A stretch of 64,000 nt of DNA, from positions 1,736,001 to 1,800,000 of the forward strand of contig OU015566.1 in the NCBI GenBank assembly GCA_907165135.1. The letters run 5' to 3'. The position numbers and the translations under genes are program-made. Positions 35,062 to 48,246 of the stretch are shown one piece after another. Source of the DNA: Oikopleura dioica. Taxonomy: Eukaryota > Animalia > Chordata. The notes under the pieces were generated by a model. That model did not search any database and was not told the origin of the DNA. It was given only the letters and a program-made list of their open reading frames with translations. Numbering within the stretch: position 1 is the first letter of the stretch; each line of letters begins with the position of its first letter.

Positions 35062-38000
35062 TCAAAAATTAGCCATTTCTTCCTCTTTTGGTTCTTCTTT
35101 TTTCTTTTCTTCTTCAAAAGAAGGGTTTTCAAGTGCCGATTCTTCCTTCTCTATTTTGTCGAATTTTCCATCTTCTGGTTTTTGAAGCTCCTGGAATTTA
35201 TAGGCAGCGAGGGCGTAGAGAAAAATGTTGATGATTTTGAACGTCAAAGCTAAAAACAAGTTAAGAAAAATGTTTTGACCACGATGGGACTCGAACCCAC
35301 AACTTCCTGATTCGAAGTCAGACGCCATATCCATTAGGCCACGCGGCCGCTGTTTGATCTCTGCTAATAAAAGAACTCACGTAAGGAAAGCATTCCCGCT
35401 AGAAAAGTGTCATCATTGTAGACATGGCAAGATCCTCCTTTACCGCATTCCGTAGTCGACCAGATCACGCAACTTTTGTCCATGAATTTTCCAGCGACTA
35501 TTGGGGCCCAGCAGTTTCCGAACGCTTTGATGATTACCCACATTAGACCCAGGGCAAGTCCTTTGTTTTCAGTGCCAACAGCTCTAGAATCGGAATGACA
35601 CATGAATTTCGCGAAAAAAAAAGAACCTCAGAATAGCGATGGGCGCCGTGACATCAGTGAGAAACTCGAAAAAGATGGTGAAAAAACTGATGATGAGCAT
35701 TTGAAGATATTGAGCGCTACATTCATCTTCTTCTTCTTGTTCTTTATCACAAGCTTTCATGTATCCATACTCTTCCGGACCAGCACAGGCGCAGTTGAAA
35801 TACTAAAACTGACGATGAACTACAAGAAAAAGGCCTACCGTTGCGCTCTCACTTTTTAGGCGGTGAAAAATCTGGGTCTGAAGCCCTCTCAGACCGAGAT
35901 TTAGCGCGAGGCGTGTATTTTCTGAGACGTACAACACCTACCACACTCCCCGCAGCTCAGAGCTTTGCCGAGCGCGCACCAATCAGAGCGCGGAGTGAAA
36001 TAAGCGCCCTCACTCGGAAATAAAATCAAGAATCAAAGTTTATTAAAATAAACGGTTTTTTTGACAGTGTTGATGAATTAAAAACTTATTTTTGCTTAAA
36101 AGGGCGGTTGTTTTTTATACATAATAATAATATAGTTACATATAATATAGTTTAAATAAATTGATCGATTAAATTTTATTGGCTTTTCCACACTCAATCC
36201 CGGCTTCACCCACTTCAATCTTTGCTTCAACAACTTCGATCCTAGCTTAACAGACGTCAATCCTGGTCGCTCCAGCGTCAATCCCGGCTTCTTAAGATCC
36301 GATCGGGGCGTCACTTTCTTCAATCCTAGCTTCTCAGATCCCAGTCCCGGCTTTTCAGTTGTCTATTATTTCCTCTTGAATAATGATCATGGCTTCTCCA
36401 AGATTAAATTGACGCCGTGATTGAAACTGATGAAGCTGGGATTAACACTGAAAAAGTCGGGATTGACGCCAAAGATTCTTTGACAAAGAACCCGGGATCG
36501 ACATTCGAAAATCCAGAATCGGCAGACTCCTGAATTGGCTATTTAAGAAACTCAGGATTTTGAGAAATCCAGGATTTGAGAAATGCGGGATTTTGGGAAA
36601 TGCGGGAGCAGAAAAAAGAAAAGGGTTGAAAATTCCAGCGGCGAGAAGCAAAAAAAATTTGGCGAGAAAAAAGCAGTCAAAATCGCGTTAATGAAGAACC
36701 GGAAGGGCCGTCAAGCCCCTTAAATTAAAAAATCAAGAATCGGGGCTGAGACGGCCCGAAGGGCCGTCAAGCCCCTTAAATTAAAAAATCAAGAATCGGG
36801 GCTGAGACGGCCCGAAGGGCCGTCAAGCCCCTTAAATTAAAAAATCAAGAATCGGGGCTGAGACGGCCCGAAGGGCCGTCAAGCCCCTTAAATTAAAAAT
36901 CAAGAATCGGGGCTGAGACGGCCCGAAGGGCCGTCAAGCCCCTTAAATTAAAATCAAGAATCGGGGCTGAGACGGCCCGAAGGGCCGTCAAGCCCCTTAA
37001 ATTAAAAATCAAGAATCGGGGCTGAGACGGCCCGAAGGGCCGTCAAGCCCCTTAAATTAAAAATCAAGAATCGGGGCTGAGACGGCCCGAAGGGCCGTCA
37101 AGCCCCTTAAATTAAAATCAAGAATCGGGGCTGAGACGGCCCGAAGGGCCGTCAAGCCCCTTAAATTAAAAATCAAGAATCGGGGCTGAGACGGCCCGAA
37201 GGGCCGTCAAGCCCCTTAAATTAAAAATCAAGAATCGGGGCTGAGACGGCCCGAAGGGCCGTCAAGCCCTTAAATTAAAAATCAAGAATCGGGGCTGAGA
37301 CGGCCCGAAGGGCCGTCAAGCCCCTTAAATTAAAAATCAAGAATCGGGGCTGAGACGGCCCGAAGGGCCGTCAAGCCCCTTAAATTAAAATCAAGAATCG
37401 GGGCTGAGACGGCCCGAAGGGCCGTCAAGCCCTTAAATTAAAAATCAAGAATCGGGGCTGAGACGGCCCGAAGGGCCGTCAAGCCCCTTAAATTAAAAAT
37501 CAAGAATCGGGGCTGAGACGGCCCGAAGGGCCGTCAAGTCCCTTAAATTAAAAAATCAAGAATCGGGGCTGAGACGGCCCGAAGGGCCGTCAAGCCCCTT
37601 AAATTAAAAATCAAGAATCGGGGCTGAGACGGCCCGAAGGGCCGTCAAGCCCCTTAAATTAAAAATCAAGAATCGGGGCTGAGACGGCCCGAAGGGCCGT
37701 CAAGCCCCTTAAATTAAAATCAAGAATCGGGGCTGAGACGGCCCGAAGGGCCGTCAAGTCCCTTAAATTAAAAAATCAAGAATCGGGGCTGAGACGGCCC
37801 GAAGGGCCGTCAAGCCCCTTAAATTAAAAATCAAGAATCGGGGCTGAGACGGCCCGAAGGGCCGTCAAGCCCCTTAAATTAAAAATCAAGAATCGGGGCT
37901 GAGACGGCCCGAAGGGCCGTCAAGCCCCTTAAATTAAAATCAAGAATCGGGGCTGAGACGGCCCGAAGGGCCGTCAAGTCCCTTAAATTAAAAAATCAAG

Positions 38001-41000
38001 AATCGGGGCTGAGACGGCCCGAAGGGCCGTCAAGCCCCTTAAATTAAAAAATCAAGAATCGGGGCTGAGACGGCCCGAAGGGCCGTCAAGCCCCTTAAAT
38101 TAAAAAATCAAGAATCGGGGCTGAGACGGCCCGAAGGGCCGTCAAGTCCCTTAAATTAAAAAATCAAGAATCGGGGCTGAGACGGCCCGAAGGGCCGTCA
38201 AGTCCCTTAAATTAAAAAATCAAGAATCGGGGCTGAGACGGCCCGAAGGGCCGTCAAGCCCCTTAAATATAAAAATCAAGAATCGGGGCTGAGACGGCCC
38301 GAAGGGCCGTCAAGCCCCTTAAATTAAAAAATCAAGAATCGGGGCTGAGACGGCCCGAAGGGCCGTCAAGCCCCTTAAATTAAAAAATCAAGAATCGGGG
38401 CTGAGACGGCCCGAAGGGCCGTCAAGCCCCTTAAATTAAAAAATCAAGAATCGGGGCTGAGACGGCCCGAAGGGCCGTCAAGTCCCTTAAATTAAAAATC
38501 AAGAATCGGGGCTGAGACGGCCCGAAGGGCCGTCAAGCCCCTTAAATTAAAAATCAAGAATCGGGGCTGAGACGGCCCGATGGGCCGTCAAGCCCCTTAA
38601 ATTAAAAAATCAAGAATCGGGGCTGAGACGGCCCGAAGGGCCGTCAAGCCCCTTAAATTAAAAAATCAAGAATCGGGGCTGAGACGGCCCGAAGGGCCGT
38701 CAAGCCCCTTAAATTAAAAAATCAAGAATCGGGGCTGAGACGGCCCGAAGGGCCGTCAAGCCCCTATAATTAAAAAAACAAGAATCGGGGCTGAGACGGC
38801 CCGAAGGGCCGTCAAGCCCCTTAAATTAAAAAATTTAAAAGAGTGAGCTGAGTGAACTGATTTTCGAAAATGAATTTATCTGCTCAGCTCTGCTCAGACA
38901 ATTATCACTCAGCTAAGCTTAGGCTAGCTCAATTATTCACGAACATGATCTATTCTGCTTAGCTTAGCTTATCTTAGACAAGTTTCATTCAGCTCAGCTT
39001 AAGGATTATAACATATTTTCACTACTTAAAAACAGTAAAATACAGCTCAACCCAGCTCACTCAGCTCAGCTCACCTCTAATTAGGGTGCGCTCAGCTAAG
39101 CTCAGCTCAATAACCTCTCAAAATGGCCAGCTCAGCTCAGCTCAGTGAGCTCCAAAATTGGCGTGCTCAGCTCAGCTCAGAGAATTTATCACTCATGGCA
39201 GCTCAGCTCAGCTCATTAAAAATAAAGCCAAATTTGCAACTCTGGTGGGAGATGGGAGCTGAGATTTTTGAAAATTACGAGCTCTTATCTTAATCCTGGG
39301 TTAATCGATTTCTATCTGGGCTTTTCCAGCGGCTATCCAATCTTGGGAAGTCATGATCGACATTCGAGAAGCATGATTTGCAACTGAGAAGCCGAGACTG
39401 AGGTCTTAGAAGCTAGGATTCAAGTAAATGACGCTTGGATCGGCATAAAGAAGCCGGGATCGACGCTGGAGATGCAATAATTGACGTTTGAGTCACAAGG
39501 ATTGACGTCTGAAAGCTATGATCGAAGTTGTTGAAGCCGGGATTGAAGTTGATGAAGCCGGGACTGACTGTGGAGAAGCCAATAAAAACAGTTTTATCGT
39601 CAATCATTGATTGACAATCAATCTAAATTAATTCGCATCGCCGTTAGCCAAAGGCGACTATTTTGTTTATAAGAGGATGAAAAAAGGTATATCAATAGAG
39701 CCAGCATAAATATGCAGAAAAAACTGCACAAGAAAATGTCTTTTTTACTAAGATAAATTTATCAAAGAAGAGTTCCTAATTAGCAAAGGAAGATTTTTTG
39801 CATTCCTAGAGCGCGCTGCTCCTTAGCGCCCCCACAAGGCCGACCCTCAAGTCAATTTTTCCCCTGCTTCGAGATGTTACGTCATTCCGAGTAATAACCA
39901 CACCGCAGGCTCAAGTGAAAGTGCGCCTGAATTTTTAGCGCACCGCCCCGCGAGTGAAATCGCAACGGTACCATTTCATATCCATCAGGATTATCCTCAT
40001 CTGGCGGCATTGTTTGACTTTCAGCACATCCAGCATGACATGGAGAAAAGTAAGTTTTCCCAACAAATTGCTTCGTGACCGGATCTTCTTTCCCAATACA
40101 AGTCGGGAAGTAGTAGCGTTCGATACAATGGCAGTCATCGTTGCACTCGTTTTTCACGCTGTAGTTTGATGGGTGGTCAAAGAGGCCAAAATGGCTGACC
40201 GATTCTTGCTGGACAAAAACGTTGTTTGGATAAGGAGAAGTAACACCAACGAGTTCCGGCTGGCCACAGGATAGAAACGCCGACCAAGCATAGAAAAAGG
40301 CAGCGAGGGTGGCGGCGATGGTGGAAAAGATCATGATTCCTCGGCCGCTGAGTTTCATGCATTTGATCACGACTCCACCGAAAATGCTTCCGAGAAGAGC
40401 TCCTGGAACGCAAACGATCCCACTTGCCACAGCAGAATTAGCAGCGGTCACATGAAATCGCACTTCGATGATCTTTGGTCCAAAATTCATCAGCCCTGTT
40501 TTCACCGGAGCATCAAAAGCGCTCCCGAACGAGCAGAGAAGAAAAATCGGATTCTTCACCACCGACATCAAATTTGCTTCTCCAGCGGACGAATCTCCAT
40601 CTTCAATTTCGACCACTCGTTTTTTCTTGATCTCCGCGGTCCCAGGAATTTGCCTCGGAAAGCCGAAAAAGAACGGTCCTTAAAGTTCCCCGTGACCTTC
40701 AAAATTTTCTGAATGACCTTCAAGTACTCACCAACAAAGATGCAGCCAATGCCCGCGGCGAGAATTCCAGGCCACCACGCCCCTACCCACTGGGGCTCGC
40801 CCGGCTCGATATTATCCGGCTTTTCGACCGTGTCGAAATCTACCCAAGTCGATAAGCTAATTGCTCCGCCCAAGTACCCAACAAGCGGCCCAAGCGCCGT
40901 GCAAGCTCGAACCAGAGCAAAGTAAATAGCCCCTTTTCCAGGTGGACAGCTTGTCTCGATGAACGCCATGCTGACTGTATGAAGAGGAACACTGCCGATC

Positions 41001-41587
41001 CCGATGAAAATTTGGCCAAGAACAAACATTGCCAGCCACCATTGAAGATTCTGCTCATTTTCGACGCATTCTAGAGGTTCATCGACGCAGAATTCGAAGT
41101 CATCGCCGTCGGAAGCACTGTTGTTCATTCCAGGATAAGAGTAGTTGTCCGTCAAAAAATGAGGAAGCGAGTAAAAAATACAGCCAAACCCAAGAATCAC
41201 CATACAAACACAATTCTTGACACCAACAGTCGCCGTCCAGGACTTCGTTATCGTTACAGCACTGGCAACGAAAGCAATTTCGCTGAAGACGATCATGAAT
41301 CCAGTCATCCACGACTCGAAGCCGAATCGTTTTTCAAGCGTCGAAACGCAAATCGGAATCAGCCCGAAATTGACGCCGCACTGCAGCAAGACCGCCAAGC
41401 AGAGAAAAAACGTAAAGACTCCGATTTTATTAACACATTCGATTTTTCCATAGCAAGGGGCGTTTTTCTCTGGTAAACAAGAATAAGGACCTTCATCTTG
41501 CTCACCGAAATCGTCTTTTTTCTTATCAAAGAATGAGTTATTTTTTACAATTTATGATTTTTTTACCTTTTCCTCCTCTTTCTCCAT
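35062..41587 (-). CDS. SLCO: Organic anion transporting polypeptide (SLCO/OATP family)
   Basis: STLEKRFGF, GDQWVGAWW-type EPQWVGAWWPG, Kazal-like CHCIERYYFPTC...YFSPCHAGC and FMDKSCVIW motifs; multi-exon with a 4.2 kb intron at 35809-39971. Confidence 0.92.
35276..35348 (-). tRNA. trnR-UCG: tRNA-Arg (anticodon TCG), inside an SLCO intron on the same strand
   Basis: Reverse complement GGCCGCGTGGCCTAATGGATATGGCGTCTGACTTCGAATCAGGAAGTTGTGGGTTCGAGTCCCATCGTGGTCA folds as a cloverleaf with intact A and B boxes. Confidence 0.93.
36175..36600. repeat. Degenerate AATCCCGGCTTC-type repeat element; related inverted copy at ~39330-39600
   Basis: ttttattggcttttccacactcaatcccggcttca at ~36176 matches the reverse complement of ~39555-39590. 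Confidence 0.5.
36701..38833. repeat. Satellite of ~51 bp units (about 41 copies), each a GC-rich hairpin plus AT-rich spacer
   Basis: Unit aattaaaaaatcaagaatcggggctgagacggcccgaagggccgtcaagcccctta; variation mostly in A-run length. Confidence 0.97.
38840..39245. repeat. GCTCA pentamer-rich element remnant ending in a hAT-like TIR
   Basis: Many (a)gctca units; ends aaatttgcaactctg, resembling the CAGAGTTTGAAAT TIR of the MITE at 59962; no matching left end found. Confidence 0.4.
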
Positions 41588-42106
41588 AATTTAAGCTCTC
41601 TTCTTAATCTTTAAAAAAAAGTTACATGAAAATTTTCTGCTGAAAATCTGGGCGAGTGAAAAACAAATATTGGAGATAAATACACTTTATAATGGTACCG
41701 CGAAAATAGTTTGTTGATCATTCTGCACGGATTTTATGGTCTTCTTGTTTCTGGCAAGAATCCAAAGAAAAAGCTCGTCAAAGGAAAAATTGCAACATAA
41801 TCTCGAATTCAAAAAAAATGCACAATTGTCAATTAACACCGCCACAGATTGGTGTATCAAATAGTAAAACACAAGATTGCGTATCAGCCGATCTGAACCC
41901 AAAACTAACGATCGGGCCGTCCTGACGTGTACCAAGCGATTATCCAAAACACAGATCGGGAGCCAATCCGATCAGCACCGTTTCGATTGATAAGCGTGCA
42001 CCCCCGCTGCGCCTGATCATTTTTACGCAGCTCTCCGATACGCGAGAACGGGTTTGGAAAAAAATTTGATTTTTTTTCAAGAGATAAAAACGAAGACTTA
42101 AAAAAG

Positions 42107-44130
42107 ATGAAGGCCTGGATCGAAATATATCTTCAAAAAAATATAAATTATTAAGCAAAAATCATTAAAAATATCGTTATATCAGATCTAGAAATCTTTC
42201 CTTCCTGAATTTTTTAATTTAATTATTCATTTTAATCCATTCAAAGCTCTCTATCTCCTTACTTTTATCAACAACCAAGGGTTTTGACCTGTCAACCCTC
42301 GAAGCCGATGGCCTCGAACTTATGCAACCATGCTTCGGCCTTCCTCGATCAAAAAATCTCCCCAAGATCTCCAGCGGTATTGTCCCGAATAACTACAAAT
42401 GCAAAGTCCGCTGCATCGACTACAAGAAACACCGATTCGCTGTCCGAATCACTGATGGAGAAATGGTGCCAAAACTCGGCTGCGCTACTGCTGAAACTCG
42501 GGGCTGCCCACTTCACGAAGACTATTACTTTAGACAGAAGCGGTCTATCTTCGACAAAGAGAACCAAGATTACATTACTCCGAAAACGACGTTTGTCAAA
42601 TGCAAAAATTTGGGAATTGACTCTCCTGAATTCCGCCATCGCTGCGTCAAAAACCGCCCTCAAGTCTCCCCAGAGCTTTCCTTCCGATGGGTTCCTGATC
42701 TTCGAGAATGCTCTGAAGTCTCAACAACGACGACTACAACCACCACAACAACAACTACGACGACAACAACGACCACAACAACTCCCGAATCCTCAGTCTC
42801 CGATTGGTCGAGCTGTCCGGATTCCGGAGTTTGTCGACCGGAAATTCAGACCAGAACTATTGATGGCGCTATAGGAACCGATCTCGAATCATTCTAGAGT
42901 CAAGATAAGAGCCTAGCTCAATATTCAAGTCTTCTTTCTAAATCGGGCACAAGAGTCACGAAGATGCTTCCCGTTCTCCTGCCAAGCTTGCCATGCTGAC
43001 ATGACGTTCTTCGAGTGGGATATCAGTTCGACAACCTTGACTGCTAGAATTCCATGGGTCAGCCGAAACAACTTGGTCGATGGTTTCGTACCAGTCAACA
43101 AACGAGTCAAGGTTTCCATTTTTCATTTTTTCTAGAATCTTTATTTCTTCTAGAATGCTCGATGCATGGACTCAGTTGAAGTTAACGCGAAATTAGGAAG
43201 CCCGTGCTTGTGTGACGAAGATCAAGGCTGCGCTTTCGACAATTGGCCGGAAAATATTTGCGCTAGAAACGGCTACGGAGAAGAGTACTTCTGGACTCCC
43301 GGTCCTCAGAAAACTTTCACTGAAGATCGAGATTTTACTAGCACGATTGTCGAGGATGATTACTCTTTGACTTACCTAGGTAAGGATTTTCAAAGAGGGT
43401 TAATCATTCTACGTTTTTTCAGGAACGAATGGAGAATCTGATGTTCGATTCTCCGATCGAATCAGCTGGTGGGAAAACGGACCATCCATCTGTCGCGCTA
43501 GAACCGAGCTCTACATGCCTGGTGTCGAGCGACCAGTTTTGAAAGACGATGGTTCTTTGAGCACCCCTGCATGGAACCAACTCGAATGCGATTTTGAGAT
43601 CAACAAGTATCCAACAACAAACGATCCTATTTCAAGCACTTCATCCAGCCATGGAAGCGACAGCTATGAAGTTTTGACTGGACATGCTAAATGGATCAAG
43701 GAACGGCTCAAAATTTTGAACACCAAATAGAGTAGATTCAATTCTAGAGCCAAAATAGGCTTCGGAACTCAACGAAGAATACGAGCGACTAATCATTGTC
43801 GGCAACTACAATCAAGGCTTCATGTACGAAGAAGGCCAAGAATACGGTCTTTGTCGATGGTCGAAAGAAAACTGCATCAAAAGATCTGGCGCTAGTTGCC
43901 ATTCTGATGGAAGTCTGAGCGCTGTTGAAAACGAACAGACGAGAGATTTCATCAGAAACGCTCCTTACCATCCTGGCGTCCTGAGCTGGAGACGAGGAAA
44001 CTTGGTCTGCAACAGTTTGGTCGGAGTCCAAGGAATTACTAATAATGTCTATTCTGTGCGAAACGAAATTTTCCCTGACAACGATGAGCTTGAAATCCTT
44101 GTTCGATCTGTCGACATTACACCAAAATAA
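42107..44130 (+). CDS. Secreted modular protein with Thr tract, TSP1-like motif and Cys-rich C-terminal region
   Basis: Signal-peptide-like LSISLLLLSTTKG from 42247; ~21 Thr run; DWSSCPDSGVCRPEIQTRT; downstream exons to stop at 44130; start codon and two junctions need non-canonical (GC/GA) or ambiguous donors. Confidence 0.65.
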
Positions 44131-44409
44131 AATAACTATCGTGTCTTGTTTATTGGTGTTGATAAATTATCAATGATAATGCAGCCAAAAACTCATGATT
44201 TTCGCCTTTATATATTTTTATTTCTCAATGATTAAATTTTGATAAGAATTTTTAATAAAATTTTCTAAGAATTTTTTAACGACTCTGTTTCTTTGACAGC
44301 GGGCAAGGCGATGATTGGACCTTGACGTCATTCTCCAAATCATTCTTTGTTACGATCTTATTTGAGTAGTTCTCTTTTGGAGAACAAATGAACAGAAACA
44401 CGAGAAATT

Positions 44410-44887
44410 ATGAAAGAGGAAGAAAATTGCACTAACGAAAGATCAGGCCAAGAAAAGGATGTTTCTCTTATCGACACAGATCAAGAGCTCGTTGATGACG
44501 GTCAGCTTCTTGGTCAAGGGTAACATTCTTTAATTATTATTATAAATAAAACTTTTTTCATAAAGACAAGTCAGTATTGACATAGATGTCCCTCTTCTTG
44601 ACACAAATGAAAGGCAACGAAATGAAGAGGAACAAAATGATGACCAAGAAGTAAATACCCCTTCAACTGAAGAGAACTCGAAAAAATGCTGCTCGAAAGA
44701 ATGTAAAATCGTCACAAACAGCATTTTGTTTTTGTTTGTCATCGCTTTGCTGGTATTCAAATTCGTCTTTGAGTTCAATCACAATTCTGATCCGATAGGG
44801 ACTATTTTCATTCCGATTCTTGGAGTTCTTACCCTAGCGAAACTTTTGCATGACGTAAAAAATGCCGACTTTACTAAATTCTGTTGA
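44410..44887 (+). CDS. 143 aa acidic protein with KKCC motif and two hydrophobic helices, copy 1
   Basis: Exons 44410-44519 and 44566-44887 with a 46 nt GT-AG intron; upstream ATTGG and TGACGTCA. Confidence 0.7.
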
Positions 44888-45376
44888 CAATCATTACATC
44901 AAATAAAATCATCACGCTTGAAACAGTCTCTTTGAAAATAAACGGCGCGAGGTTAAAAAATTCTAGATAAAAGCGCGAAGCTGCGGTTTCGCGACAATTT
45001 CTCTGACACGACTTCCGTTAACTTCCATCTTTTCGCACCCTAAAATTTTCGATTTGTAGAAAACCGATATTATCTAATTTGATTACGTGAAAACGTCACC
45101 GCTTTCTTTTTTCTCAATTCTGATTTCATCCGGGTTCAAAGAAGTCCTCTTTCTTTTCTTGTAAAATTTTATTTCTGGAATAGAATAGAGATAGTACTGG
45201 CCAGTAATTCGCAAAATTATTCCATCACTTGTGACTGCGATTGTTGGGTTGTTGGATACATATTAGTAAAAAGAAGGGGAATTTGTACAGGGGAGAATTA
45301 TTTTCAGATTGTCAATTTTCATCGCATTGATAACTGCAGGGTTTCAAGGGCATCGAGCAGAGCTGGCGACGAGGAA

Positions 45377-46645
45377 GATGGCGCTATAGGAACCGATCTC
45401 GAATCATTCTAGAGTCAAGATAAGAGCCTAGCTCAATATTCAAGTCTTCTTTCTAAATCGGGCACAAGAGTCACGAAGATGCTTCCCGTTCTCCTGCCAA
45501 GCTTGCCATGCTGACATGACGTTCTTCGAGTGGGATATCAGTTCGACAACCTTGACTGCTAGAATTCCATGGGTCAGCCGAAACAACTTGGTCGATGGTT
45601 TCGTACCAGTCAACAAACGAGTCAAGGTTTCCATTTTTCATTTTTTCTAGAATCTTTATTTCTTCTAGAATGCTCGATGCATGGACTCAGTTGAAGTTAA
45701 CGCGAAATTAGGAAGCCCGTGCTTGTGTGACGAAGATCAAGGCTGCGCTTTCGACAATTGGCCGGAAAATATTTGCGCTAGAAACGGCTACGGAGAAGAG
45801 TACTTCTGGACTCCCGGTCCTCAGAAAACTTTCACTGAAGATCGAGATTTTACTAGCACGATTGTCGAGGATGATTACTCTTTGACTTACCTAGGTAAGG
45901 ATTTTCAAAGAGGGTTAATCATTCTACGTTTTTTCAGGAACGAATGGAGAATCTGATGTTCGATTCTCCGATCGAATCAGCTGGTGGGAAAACGGACCAT
46001 CCATCTGTCGCGCTAGAACCGAGCTCTACATGCCTGGTGTCGAGCGACCAGTTTTGAAAGACGATGGTTCTTTGAGCACCCCTGCATGGAACCAACTCGA
46101 ATGCGATTTTGAGATCAACAAGTATCCAACAACAAACGATCCTATTTCAAGCACTTCATCCAGCCATGGAAGCGACAGCTATGAAGTTTTGACTGGACAT
46201 GCTAAATGGATCAAGGAACGGCTCAAAATTTTGAACACCAAATAGAGTAGATTCAATTCTAGAGCCAAAATAGGCTTCGGAACTCAACGAAGAATACGAG
46301 CGACTAATCATTGTCGGCAACTACAATCAAGGCTTCATGTACGAAGAAGGCCAAGAATACGGTCTTTGTCGATGGTCGAAAGAAAACTGCATCAAAAGAT
46401 CTGGCGCTAGTTGCCATTCTGATGGAAGTCTGAGCGCTGTTGAAAACGAACAGACGAGAGATTTCATCAGAAACGCTCCTTACCATCCTGGCGTCCTGAG
46501 CTGGAGACGAGGAAACTTGGTCTGCAACAGTTTGGTCGGAGTCCAAGGAATTACTAATAATGTCTATTCTGTGCGAAACGAAATTTTCCCTGACAACGAT
46601 GAGCTTGAAATCCTTGTTCGATCTGTCGACATTACACCAAAATAA
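45377..46645 (+). pseudogene. 5'-truncated duplicate of the secreted Thr-rich/TSP-like gene
   Basis: Identical 3' exons but no promoter, signal peptide or Thr tract. Confidence 0.7.
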
Positions 46646-46729
46646 AATAACTATCGTGTCTTGTTTATTGGTGTTGATAAATTATCAATGATAATGCAGC
46701 CAAAAACTCATGATTTTCGCCTTTATATA

Positions 46730-47116
46730 CAGTCGGAGTCCAAAATAAGGGACTTTTTTTGCTCCAAAATTTTCGAAAAAAGTCCCTTAAATTGGGTCAT
46801 CAAAGCAAAAAATATGTCCCTGCCAAATTTTTTCAAAGTATATTTTTTGCGGCAAAATAAGCTGAAGTCATTGTTTTTCTTGCTTTTATGACATTTTTGA
46901 AAGAGGAAACCATATTCTGAAAGGGAAATCACTTCAGTTTGCGGCAAAACTGGTTGAAATCAAGGTTATTGATACCATTTATTGGCTCTCAGCTAACCGA
47001 AAAAGCTTACTAATCTCAGAAAGTCCCTTAAATTGGATTTTTTTCTGCCGCTGATTTTCGGCATTTTGAGCCAAAAAGTCCCTTATCTTGGTGTCCCTTA
47101 TTTTGGACTCCGACTG
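46730..47116. mobile_element. Tc1/mariner-type MITE (387 bp), present in only one duplicate copy
   Basis: 24 bp perfect TIR CAGTCGGAGTCCAAAATAAGGGAC; TA duplication confirmed by the empty site in copy 1 at ~44210. Confidence 0.95.
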
Positions 47117-47313
47117 TATTTTTATTTCTCAATGATTAAATTTTGATAAGAATTTTTAATAAAATTTTCTAAGAATTTTTTAACGACTCTGTTTCTTTGA
47201 CAGCGGGCAAGGCGATGATTGGACCTTGACGTCATTCTCCAAATCATTCTTTGTTACGATCTTATTTGAGTAGTTCTCTTTTGGAGAACAAATGAACAGA
47301 AACACGAGAAATT

Positions 47314-47791
47314 ATGAAAGAGGAAGAAAATTGCACTAACGAAAGATCAGGCCAAGAAAAGGATGTTTCTCTTATCGACACAGATCAAGAGCTCGTTGAT
47401 GACGGTCAGCTTCTTGGTCAAGGGTAACATTCTTTAATTATTATTATAAATAAAACTTTTTTCATAAAGACAAGTCAGTATTGACATAGATGTCCCTCTT
47501 CTTGACACAAATGAAAGGCAACGAAATGAAGAGGAACAAAATGATGACCAAGAAGTAAATACCCCTTCAACTGAAGAGAACTCGAAAAAATGCTGCTCGA
47601 AAGAATGTAAAATCGTCACAAACAGCATTTTGTTTTTGTTTGTCATCGCTTTGCTGGTATTCAAATTCGTCTTTGAGTTCAATCACAATTCTGATCCGAT
47701 AGGGACTATTTTCATTCCGATTCTTGGAGTTCTTACCCTAGCGAAACTTTTGCATGACGTAAAAAATGCCGACTTTACTAAATTCTGTTGA
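47314..47791 (+). CDS. 143 aa acidic two-helix membrane protein, copy 2
   Basis: Duplicate of 44410-44887 at offset 2904. Confidence 0.65.
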
Positions 47792-48246
47792 CAATCATTA
47801 CATCAAATAAATCATCACGCTTGAAACAGTCTCTTTGAAAATAAACGGCGCGAGGTTAAAAAATTCTAGATAAAAGCGCGAAGCTGCGGTTTCGCGACAA
47901 TTTCTCTGACACGACTTCCGTTAACTTCCATCTTTTCGCACCCTAAAATTTTCGATTTGTAGAAAACCGATATTATCTAATTTGATTACGTGAAAACGTC
48001 ACCGCTTTCTTTTTTCTCAATTCTGATTTCATCCGGGTTCAAAGAAGTCCTCTTTCTTTTCTTGTAAAATTTTATTTCTGGAATAGAATAGAGATAGTAC
48101 TGGCCAGTAATTCGCAAAATTATTCCATCACTTGTGACTGCGATTGTTGGGTTGTTGGATACATATTAGTAAAAAGAAGGGGAATTTGTACAGGGGAGAA
48201 TTATTTTCAGATTGTCAATTTTCATCGCATTGATAACTGCAGGGTT

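Noticed and set aside
36701-38833. Resemblance to a CRISPR array
   Set aside because: Spacers are identical rather than unique, there are no cas genes, and the context is a eukaryotic intron
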